A stretch of DNA of 64,000 nucleotides. Origin: an uncultured Pseudomonadales bacterium (GTDB lineage: Bacteria; Pseudomonadota; Gammaproteobacteria; Pseudomonadales; Balneatricaceae). Location: NCBI GenBank assembly GCA_943787595.1, contig CALSNA010000002.1, positions 310,467 to 374,466 on the forward strand. Direction: 5' to 3'. The notes beneath the pieces are model-generated. The model searched no databases and was not told the DNA's origin. It saw only the letters and a program-made list of their open reading frames with translations. The stretch's first letter is position 1, and the number at the start of each line of letters is the position of its first letter. The position numbers were made by a program, and so were the translations under genes. Below are positions 29,507 to 36,522 of this stretch, piece by piece.

Positions 29507-29535
29507 GTTATACGTTGTTCTATTTGCTTTGTCAA
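29507..29535 (-). promoter_or_regulatory. Near-consensus sigma70 promoter facing the five-gene module
   Basis: The reverse strand reads TTGACA (29535-29530), a 17-nt spacer, then TATAAC (29512-29507). It lies about 175 nt upstream of the YqiA-like ATG. A 7-bp hairpin (GCAAAAG/CTTTTGC, 29473-29493) lies in the predicted leader. Confidence 0.45.
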
Positions 29536-29791
29536 TAAATTATGTATGGGTCTCCACAAGCCCCAGGATAGCCTTCAGGCGATTTTTTATAATGCAGCCA
29601 TACTAAAAATTAAGGTAATAGCCTTTTAACTTTCCCGTAAACTACCCGTCCTTCAGAGCCATTAATAGACTCGTTTTGTAAGCTAAACCTACCCCCAACC
29701 TTCCCCCTAATTTTAGTTTTACGCTAACGCTTCGTTAAATTGTGATCGATGTGTAAATACCCCGCTATTAACACAGTCTCGAGGTAGAGAG

Positions 29792-30619
29792 TTAAGCCAC
29801 ATTTAGGTACTCAATGGGTGTCATATCATTAAGCCCGTCATGTGGTCGTTCGTGGTTGTATAACTGTATCCAGTCATCCGTGATTTGCCTGACCTCATCG
29901 AGGTTGCTGAACAGATATAAATCCAATACATCTTCTCGGTAAGTGCGATTCAATCGCTCAACATAACCATTTTGGTAAGGCTTACCGGGCTTGATAAAAT
30001 CAATGTATATATGGTGATGCTCAGCCCAGGCAGCTAACTCATGCGCGGTAAACTCAGGCCCATTGTCACAACGTATGCGCTCTGGATAACCTCGCCATGC
30101 TGCAATCTGATCCAGGTAGCGAGTGACTCGGTCAGCTGTGATGCCAGAGTTAATATCGATACCTAACACTTCTCGATTAAAGTCATCCATAACATTAAAG
30201 GTTCTAAAGCGATGGCCGTGTTGCAGTACATCACTCATAAAATCCATTGACCAACACACATTTAAAGTCGGTGGCACATTCAACGCCAGCGGGTGTCGAC
30301 TGGGTAAACGCCGCTTGGCTTTTCTTCTCATATTGAGCTTAAGCTGCAAATACACGCGATAAATACGTTTGTGGTTCCAGTGATGACCTAAAGTTCGTAA
30401 TCGCTTGCGACACTTCGGAAAACCCCAACGAGGATGTGTATCCACCAGGGCCAGCAGTGTATCAATCAGTTCAGTATCATCACAGCGTATGGGCTGATAG
30501 TAATAAGCTGTACGACTCAAAGCCGCTGCCTGACAACACAGCACAATGCTGGCAGCAAATTGCTCACGTAGCTGATCAACCCAGGCGCGACGATCCGCTG
30601 CTGACCTTACAGCTTTTTT
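29792..30619 (-). CDS. IS3-family transposase OrfB (DDE integrase domain), expressed by -1 frameshift from orfA
   Basis: THPRWGFPKCRKRL ... WSMDFMSD ... DNGPEFTAHELAAWAEHHHIYIDFIKPGKPYQNGYVERLNRTYRE, the DDE/rve motifs. The frame is open upstream to the slippery AAAAAAG at 30613-30619. Confidence 0.85.
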   Translation of the reverse strand, partial: KKAVRSAADRRAWVDQLREQFAASIVLCCQAAALSRTAYYYQPIRCDDTELIDTLLALVDTHPRWGFPKCRKRLRTLGHHWNHKRIYRVYLQLKLNMRRKAKRRLPSRHPLALNVPPTLNVCWSMDFMSDVLQHGHRFRTFNVMDDFNREVLGIDINSGITADRVTRYLDQIAAWRGYPERIRCDNGPEFTAHELAAWAEHHHIYIDFIKPGKPYQNGYVERLNRTYREDVLDLYLFSNLDEVRQITDDWIQLYNHERPHDGLNDMTPIEYLNVA

Positions 30620-30867
30620 ATAATGTCCTCTTGCATTTGGCTTTTTAAGCTCAAGTCAGCATACATCTGCTTTAGACGGCGGTTCTCGTCTTCCAGCTCT
30701 TTAAGTCGTTTAACATCCGAGGCTTCCATACCACCGTACTTACTTCGCCATTTATAGAATGTGCTGTTACCAATGCTGTACTTGCGGCACAGTTCTGGGA
30801 TTGGCGTACCCACCTCAGCTTCCTTCAATATCCCGACAATCTGGGTTTCGTTCAGTCGTTTGCTCAT
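30607..30867 (-). CDS. IS3-family transposase OrfA (HTH)
   Basis: MSKRLNETQIVGILKEAEVGTPIPELCRKYSIGNSTFYKWRSKYGGMEASDVKRLKELEDENRRLKQMYADLSL is the classical IS3 OrfA. It ends IIKKL-stop across the A6G heptamer. Confidence 0.9.
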   Translation of the reverse strand: MSKRLNETQIVGILKEAEVGTPIPELCRKYSIGNSTFYKWRSKYGGMEASDVKRLKELEDENRRLKQMYADLSLKSQMQEDIIKKL

Positions 30868-30939
30868 CGTAAAAACTCCTTCGCATCGTTCGCGATTATA
30901 GTATTTTCTACGTTTGAGCTGTGCTAGTTTAGGGGGTAC

Positions 30940-31422
30940 TTACAGATGCAATTTATCATGCAACTCTTCAGCTAGATAACTTTTCACAAAAGGTAACTCA
31001 ACCCCAGAACCATAAGCGTTTAAAAAAAGTGTTGTGTACCCGAAAAAACGTCCGATTGGACTTTTAATCAATTCTACGTTTTCAATATTGTTTAAGATTA
31101 GGGTATCAATTCTCTGAGTCAAAATACCACTTTGCACTTTTACAGATTCTTCGCTTATCCAAATTTTTACAAAAAATGGCTCAAAAATCGTATGTAGGTC
31201 TTTAAGAACATAGATCGCAGGAAGCACAACTAAACTTAGCAGAGTATCTTTTTGAAAATTCGTACCCACAACTTCTGTACCAATGTACTCAAACACGACA
31301 TAAACAATAACTAAACCTAATAATCGGCATAATATCTCGATTATTGCTTCAATAAACGGAGCCAATTTTACAACCTCAAGTTTTTTCAATTCCAAGTAAA
31401 CTCCCATTCGTTTATCTTCCAT
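30940..31422 (-). CDS. Membrane-anchored bacterial PH-domain (bPH_2 / YdbS-YdbT-like) protein, 3' end altered by the IS insertion
   Basis: Two N-terminal TM helices, then WISEESVKVQSGILTQRIDTLILNNIENVELIKSPIGRFFGYTTLFLNAYG. This matches the bPH_2 pattern (.G.l.r....ipl..I.nve...s...r..G.g.l.i). The stop codon (30941-30943) lies inside the IS terminal repeat. Confidence 0.65.
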   Translation of the reverse strand: MEDKRMGVYLELKKLEVVKLAPFIEAIIEILCRLLGLVIVYVVFEYIGTEVVGTNFQKDTLLSLVVLPAIYVLKDLHTIFEPFFVKIWISEESVKVQSGILTQRIDTLILNNIENVELIKSPIGRFFGYTTLFLNAYGSGVELPFVKSYLAEELHDKLHL

Positions 31423-31447
31423 TTTTTACTTTCTGCTTTTCTACACT

Positions 31448-31492
31448 GAGAGATAGGAGAGATAGGAGAGATAGGAGAGATAGGAGAGATAG
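31448..31492. repeat. Five perfect tandem copies of the 9-mer GAGAGATAG (iterons)
   Basis: Read directly: GAGAGATAG x5 with no spacers, at 31448-31492. This lies between the DUF3987-like gene stop and the bPH gene start. Confidence 0.9.
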
Positions 31493-31672
31493 TAGTATTA
31501 ACAAGGCTTGTAAACCTCTCCACAAATGTCGACATAAGAGAGATATGATTTTACCAATTAGTTATCTCGCCAATAATCTCGCCATAATATCTCTTGCTAC
31601 AGGCTAGGTAAATAAAGCTTTATCGCTATATCGCCTATCTCGCTATAGTTAAGTGTGGTTTGTTATCTCTCA
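31448..31672. other. Putative satellite replication origin (opposed iteron sets flanking an A/T-rich spacer)
   Basis: Besides the 5x array there is a degenerate copy AGAGAGATATG (about 31527-31537). Inverted copies are TTATCTCGC (31562), AATCTCGC (31575), ATATCTCT (31588), CTATCTCGC (31635) and TTATCTCTC (31664). It lies immediately 3' of the replication genes. Confidence 0.5.
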
Positions 31673-32939
31673 GAGTATAAATTGTTGGTCGCCTGCCACC
31701 ATTCTTACTTTCACCCTGTGACTGGTTGATCTTGGGCGGTGTGCTTTCTAGCAGTAGCTTTAAGGCGCATTTAATGTCTTTCCCCCCCTTTCTGTTAAAG
31801 AGGTCAACAATATCATTCTGTGTGCATTGTCCCTTGTCTGATATTAGATTATGTATTCTATCTGCCATTTCATTATGTTTCTTAAATTCTGCTTCCTGTT
31901 CACCAGTTGAAAATATATAGCCGATTGAAGCCCACCAGTAATGAATAATATGCAATGCAGCATTAAGATGGTTAATACTGATTTCCTTTTTCCTCTCCAT
32001 TATGGCGAAAAGCATTGATACCATTAACAAATATTTTGTTGTTCTAGTTAAAAGCTGCTTTTTCTTTTCTGTGCCTTTGGGTTCTCTAAATTTTTCATAC
32101 AAATTATCAAATTTATTTTTAAAACAATCCTTAAATATCATTACTGGCTCTTTATTAACAAATCTCATTATTTCTTCAAGCTCATCAACTAAACCATCCT
32201 TAATATTATTCGGTGTGCGCTTGGGTCTGGGTACATATTTATCAAGCTTCATATTGCAAATCATAAACCGATTTAAAAAACCATTGGCCATATCAACCGA
32301 TTTCACCCTGTTTAATAATTCTGTTTTTGTAACATGCCCCATCATAACCAAGTGAGGTCTAGTGCATTTAAACTGATCGTTCTTGGTTGTATTGTCCAAA
32401 TCTTCACCATCATGCAAGTTCCTTAAAATAGATGATAATGTGGAGCCTTCGCGGTTACATGCTGTTAGCACCTTCGCAAATTCAGAGTCGATTGTTAGAA
32501 CTCTTTTATCTTTGTTCCCTACGTCATAGTCCCTCAATACCTGCATAAGCCCTTCACCACTATTGAGTCCGTTACTGATTCTTTTGGGGTTATCACCAGT
32601 CTTCTTGCTGTACATCTTAAATATGGCTTTAACAAGCGTCTCTGATGTTCCCTTACCTGAACCAGTATTACCCACAAGCAAAAATGAAGGTCTAGCATCT
32701 ATATCATAGTTACCCCAATGGCAAGTTATCCTCTCCCTGCCAGTATAAGCAGAAAGATACGCTAATACGTTAAGTGTAACGGCTATCTCTGATGCCTCAG
32801 AGTTGGTACAAGCTGCATTTACCATGTCTTGCAAAAATGAAGGTAAGCCTTTGTCCTTAAATATACCTGGTTCTAACTCAGGTGGTGCTTTCACTGTGTC
32901 TAGCTCAGTATCAAAGTCGTTTTGAGTATTGTTAGTCAT
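31635..32939 (-). CDS. DUF3987-like P-loop NTPase (satellite/P4-alpha-type replication helicase candidate)
   Basis: 434 aa with Walker A LLVGNTGSGKGTS. It overlaps the upstream primase zinc-ribbon gene by 4 nt. This position and size are typical of DUF3987 proteins in P4-like and PICI elements. The family call is from context and memory. Confidence 0.6.
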   Translation of the reverse strand: MTNNTQNDFDTELDTVKAPPELEPGIFKDKGLPSFLQDMVNAACTNSEASEIAVTLNVLAYLSAYTGRERITCHWGNYDIDARPSFLLVGNTGSGKGTSETLVKAIFKMYSKKTGDNPKRISNGLNSGEGLMQVLRDYDVGNKDKRVLTIDSEFAKVLTACNREGSTLSSILRNLHDGEDLDNTTKNDQFKCTRPHLVMMGHVTKTELLNRVKSVDMANGFLNRFMICNMKLDKYVPRPKRTPNNIKDGLVDELEEIMRFVNKEPVMIFKDCFKNKFDNLYEKFREPKGTEKKKQLLTRTTKYLLMVSMLFAIMERKKEISINHLNAALHIIHYWWASIGYIFSTGEQEAEFKKHNEMADRIHNLISDKGQCTQNDIVDLFNRKGGKDIKCALKLLLESTPPKINQSQGESKNGGRRPTIYTLRDNKPHLTIAR

Positions 32940-33445
32940 TTGTTAATGTCACATTGCAAACTACGTTCTTGTCGGCTTCCGCTTATATTCTTCCCATTGA
33001 TACCGTATGCGTTCATAAAGTTATTTTTGATTAACTGATCTCTAATCTCGTTTGATCTGAAACCAGCTTGTATAGCTCTTAGTCTTTGCTTTTGCTGTAT
33101 AGGTTGAAAACTACTTACCCTGCTTTGGTAAATAGCTATTATGGTTTGTTCTTGCTGTAGCTCTTTAGATAGCCTCCTAGCATCCCACACTGACATAACA
33201 GGCTTCTTGGCGGTTTGCTTAGGTTCTGGCTTTTGTGGGAACAGGCAGCGCATATTGAGGCCCACGGCGTTAGTAATTTCCCTTGCTGTACAACCAGCCC
33301 AACACTTTAATAGAACGCGCCCATCATCCAGCTCAGTGATAGCTAGACTGGCATTTCGATCTTGATGTGAAGGACAACACGCTAACCAGTTCGCTAATTT
33401 AGTGGACTTTACTTGCTTGAGCCTTTGCAAAATATCATTAATCAT
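32936..33445 (-). CDS. Primase-type zinc-ribbon protein (P4 alpha N-terminal-like; no catalytic primase domain seen)
   Basis: WLACCPSHQDRNASLAITELDDGRVLLKCWAGCTAREITNAVGL matches the CP.H.D..PSL.I......L..C.AGC pattern of primase zinc-binding domains. ATG at 33445; the ORF track starts at GTG 33457. Confidence 0.65.
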   Translation of the reverse strand: MINDILQRLKQVKSTKLANWLACCPSHQDRNASLAITELDDGRVLLKCWAGCTAREITNAVGLNMRCLFPQKPEPKQTAKKPVMSVWDARRLSKELQQEQTIIAIYQSRVSSFQPIQQKQRLRAIQAGFRSNEIRDQLIKNNFMNAYGINGKNISGSRQERSLQCDINK

Positions 33446-33554
33446 ATAAACCGCCACGGGAGATTGCTTGTAAGCCTGAATAATTACCTAGGCTTTGAGT
33501 CCTAATCAAAACGACACTAGCTTCACCATAACCAATATTCGGCAGTAAGCTTTT

Positions 33555-33815
33555 TCATGTCTGGGAATCTTGTGTGGTGACAATAGGCCTGGATGACCGA
33601 ATACGTTGTTCAATCCAGTTATTGATTTCCGATTCCAGCCAACCGCTGGCCCGGGGTCCAAGCTTTATCGGTGCCGGAAATTGATTCCGGGCAATGAGCT
33701 GGTGAGCGTGGGAGCGACAAATCCCGACGCGCTTTTGCACATCGGGCCAACGTAAAATACTGTCGATGGTCGTAGAATCTTGATGGGGTGTTTGTGTATG
33801 AACGTGGGTAGTCAT
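33555..33815 (-). CDS. alpA: AlpA-family (prophage CP4-57-type) transcriptional regulator / excisionase
   Basis: ILRWPDVQKRVGICRSHAHQLIARNQFPAPIKLGPRASGWLESEINNWIEQR is the canonical AlpA/MerR-like HTH signature. Confidence 0.85.
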   Translation of the reverse strand: MTTHVHTQTPHQDSTTIDSILRWPDVQKRVGICRSHAHQLIARNQFPAPIKLGPRASGWLESEINNWIEQRIRSSRPIVTTQDSQT

Positions 33816-33969
33816 GTTTCATTCTCTTTAGACATCTTTATTAGATATACAATGTCATAAAGGAATGGCCTTAAATAGGTAGGCAGGTTCAATATACTTA
33901 CAGGGGAATTGGAGCAAATGGGTGTAGGTTTGCCTAACCTATGGGAATTGGCAGTAATTAGGGGTTAGG

Positions 33970-34902
33970 TTATCTTGAACCTGGTGTTTTTGGCGCACCT
34001 CCTGTTGGATTCCAGTTAGCCACTTTTGCTATTTCGTTGATGGCTGTGTTACTTGGCTGACCGTCACCTTTAGTTAATCCATATTGTTCAGCATGATCTC
34101 TAAGCCAGCACTCAAGATTATGTTTAACTGATTTACCTTTATCCTGATATTTTTCATCCGAAGTAACCGCCAGCCATGCATTAACAGCCGCAGCTAACTT
34201 GGGGGCATAATGAGGCGACTGCTTGTTCAGATATGAAGGCGTGGGTTGCCTTGAGTGTTCTTTTGGCAAGGCATTACCTTGCACATCTGACTCCAGCCAT
34301 TTTTGCAGCTCTGCTATTCTATCTGACCGGATAAAAATATCTGCAACCAGTGGGGTAATGTTTGTGATCTGTAATTGCTCTTGCACTTTAGTGATAGCAT
34401 CAATGTCGGTCATGTCGGTTGTTAGATTTTCATCAACCGCTGTATTATCAGTTGATTGACATATTTGATAAGCTTCACCTTGAATAAAAACACGGTCAAT
34501 TGGACCAATTTTCCTGTCGAGAAAACTTAAATCCTTCGATAACTCTGCCAGAATTGGGCTAATATTAGTCCATGGAATAATGCTTTTTTGCGTATCATGG
34601 ATGTGATTCACATGATTGGCAGGTAACATGTCTCCCTCAATGACATTCGTTATGGTCATCACGGATTGTGGATATAACTTGTTGTTGGGTAAATCAGCAA
34701 AACCATTGAAAGGTTTTACGGTGTTTTTATCTAAAGTCCTGTTTGCATTGAGTTTACAAATATAGGTATGTTGTAGTTGGATGGAAACACTCAGGCTACC
34801 ACGGCCTGTATAGGCTAAAAGTTTATCAAGAGGAATATTCCAGCCTAGGCGATTAAATGACTTAACAATGCCGGATAGAGGTTCGTATTTGCTTGAGTTC
34901 AT
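33970..34902 (-). CDS. Hypothetical 310-aa protein between int and alpA
   Basis: Intact ORF on the same strand as the island genes. I recognise no motif. Confidence 0.5.
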   Translation of the reverse strand: MNSSKYEPLSGIVKSFNRLGWNIPLDKLLAYTGRGSLSVSIQLQHTYICKLNANRTLDKNTVKPFNGFADLPNNKLYPQSVMTITNVIEGDMLPANHVNHIHDTQKSIIPWTNISPILAELSKDLSFLDRKIGPIDRVFIQGEAYQICQSTDNTAVDENLTTDMTDIDAITKVQEQLQITNITPLVADIFIRSDRIAELQKWLESDVQGNALPKEHSRQPTPSYLNKQSPHYAPKLAAAVNAWLAVTSDEKYQDKGKSVKHNLECWLRDHAEQYGLTKGDGQPSNTAINEIAKVANWNPTGGAPKTPGSR

Positions 34903-34962
34903 AATATTATTCTGTTGATTGGTAAAATCGACTATTGTAAATGGGTGATGTAGTCAATCATT

Positions 34963-36180
34963 CTAGTGGCCGGGATTTAACTGATTGCCAGCTAATTTAG
35001 TGCTGTATTCCAGTTGTTCCAGATAGTCCGCCCACCACTGCATCATGGTGGCCCGGTCTTTCAGGTACTCCGCATGCTGGGTGTAGGCTCCACGCACCTG
35101 ATTGCGCTCCAGATGGGATAACTGGCGCTCAATGGCATCCGGATTAAAGCCTTCTTCATTCAGGATGGAGGATGCCGTGGTTCTAAACCCATGAGCAGTA
35201 GCCCGGCTCTTATACCCCATACGATACAGGGCATAGGTCATGGTATTCTCCGATATGGGTTTCAATCGACTTCGCTCCCCGGGAAATAACAGGGCATACT
35301 GGCCCGATATGGGCTTCAGTGCCACCAGTATGTCCATCGCCTGTTGGGATAAGGGCACCAGATGCTCAGTGCCCATCTTCATCCGTTCACCTGGAATGCG
35401 CCAAAGTCTGGCCTCCAAATCAAATTCGTGCCACTGGGCAAAGCGACACTCCCCGGGTCGCACAAACGTCAGCAACAGCAAGCGCAGGGCCAGCCGGGTG
35501 ACTTGATGGCCGTCGTAATGACGCAGTTGTTTCAGGAATTGCGGCAGCTCGGCTCTGGGTAATGCTGCACGGTGCTGTTTCTTTCTGGTTTTTAATACGC
35601 CCGTTAGTTCTGTGGCCGGGTTATAGCTGGCCCGTCCAGACTGAATGGCAAACCGGAATATGGCGGTACACCGCTGCAATATCCGCCCCGCCACATCCAG
35701 AGCATCCCGGTGTTCTATCTTGCGGATCACCGCCAGTACTTCTGGAGTGGTGATGTCGGTAATGGGGCGATGCCCCATGTAAGGGAGCACATCTGTTTCC
35801 AGTGAGGTCCAGACCCGCTGGGCATGGTCTTGACTCCAGCGGCCATGTTGATGCTGCCACCATTCCCTGGCCTGATGCTGGAAGGAATGTTCAGCATTGC
35901 GTCGGGCGGTATGCTTTTGCTGCTTTTTTATCTCTGAGGGGTCTACCTGATTGCTCAGGTTGAGCCTGGCCTGATCTCTTGCGGTTCTGGCCCGGGCCAG
36001 TGACACTTCAGGGTAAACCCCCAGGGCCAGGGTTTTTTCCTTGCCGGCAAAGCGGTATTTAAACCGCCAGTATCGGGAGCCGTTGGGGTGTACCAGCAGG
36101 TGCAGGCCGGCACTGTCGGCCAGTTTATAGGGTTTATCTTTGGGGCGGGCCTGTTTAACGGTGGTGTTGGTCAGTGGCAT
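34963..36180 (-). CDS. int: P4-type tyrosine integrase (DUF4102 arm-binding domain plus phage integrase catalytic domain)
   Basis: N-terminal KDKPYKLADSAGLHLLVHPNGSRYWRFKYRFAGKEKTLALGVYPEVSLARAR. Catalytic residues are in LLLLTFVRPGECR, HGFRTTASS and VRGAYTQ. It is adjacent to a tRNA gene. Confidence 0.92.
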   Translation of the reverse strand: MPLTNTTVKQARPKDKPYKLADSAGLHLLVHPNGSRYWRFKYRFAGKEKTLALGVYPEVSLARARTARDQARLNLSNQVDPSEIKKQQKHTARRNAEHSFQHQAREWWQHQHGRWSQDHAQRVWTSLETDVLPYMGHRPITDITTPEVLAVIRKIEHRDALDVAGRILQRCTAIFRFAIQSGRASYNPATELTGVLKTRKKQHRAALPRAELPQFLKQLRHYDGHQVTRLALRLLLLTFVRPGECRFAQWHEFDLEARLWRIPGERMKMGTEHLVPLSQQAMDILVALKPISGQYALLFPGERSRLKPISENTMTYALYRMGYKSRATAHGFRTTASSILNEEGFNPDAIERQLSHLERNQVRGAYTQHAEYLKDRATMMQWWADYLEQLEYSTKLAGNQLNPGH

Positions 36181-36210
36181 TGGGGGTACATTGATGAAGC
36201 CATGTTATTT

Positions 36211-36240
36211 GTACCCCAAATATACCCCCAAATACCCCCG
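36211..36240. repeat. (G/A)TACCCC(C)AAA direct repeats next to int (candidate arm-type sites, right arm)
   Basis: GTACCCCAAATATACCCCCAAATACCCCCG lies between the int start and the tRNA. The motif is shared with 22583-22604 and, degenerate, 22391-22410. Confidence 0.5.
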
Positions 36241-36342
36241 GATGGCAATAGACATGAATGGACAGTAATAAACGAACATCCAAAAAAAATCCCGCAAAAA
36301 CGGGATCTTATAGACGATTATGGATGTTACTGGTTGTTAGTT

Positions 36343-36429
36343 TGGTGCCCAGGAGAGGACTTGAACCTCCACGGCCTTGCGGCCACTAGCACCTGAAGCT
36401 AGCGTGTCTACCAATTTCACCACCTAGGC
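36343..36429 (-). tRNA. tRNA-Leu (anticodon CAG)
   Basis: The reverse complement is GCCTAGGTGGTGAAATTGGTAGACACGCTAGCTTCAGGTGCTAGTGGCCGCAAGGCCGTGGAGGTTCAAGTCCTCTCCTGGGCACCA. It folds as a cloverleaf with a long variable arm, anticodon loop TTCAGGT and encoded CCA. Confidence 0.92.
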
Positions 36430-36444
36430 TAAGCAAGAGCGCGT

Positions 36445-36473
36445 AAGATACTGATGTTAATTAAGATTGTCAA
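36445..36473 (-). promoter_or_regulatory. tRNA-Leu promoter
   Basis: The reverse strand reads TTGACA (36473-36468), a 17-nt spacer, then TATCTT (36450-36445). A GC-rich discriminator ACGCGCTC follows just before the tRNA 5' end. Confidence 0.5.
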
Positions 36474-36522
36474 TATGGCTAACGCAATAAAGTGATGTCG
36501 ACAGTTTCAATCAGTGGTCAGA

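Larger units (their letters stand above)
29753..30944 (-). mobile_element. Intact IS3-family insertion sequence (IS407-group-like, 1192 bp) with a 4-bp target duplication
   Basis: Terminal inverted repeats are TGTAAATACCCCGCTATTAACACAG (29753-) and TGTAAGTACCCCCTAAACTAGCACAG (reverse complement, ending 30944). It is flanked by GATG on both sides (29749-29752 and 30945-30948). It has orfA and orfB with an A6G slippery site. Confidence 0.85.

Noticed and set aside
31448-31492. Tandem 9-mers considered as a CRISPR array or microsatellite
   Set aside because: The repeats are only 9 bp and contiguous, with no spacers, and there are no cas genes. The position next to replication genes and the inverted partner copies fit iterons better.
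35240-35863. Several 60-88-aa ORFs inside the integrase gene, and the similar ORF 21801..22016
   Set aside because: They are alternative-frame or antisense products of the integrase sequence. The resemblance between the two loci only reflects the DNA repeat.
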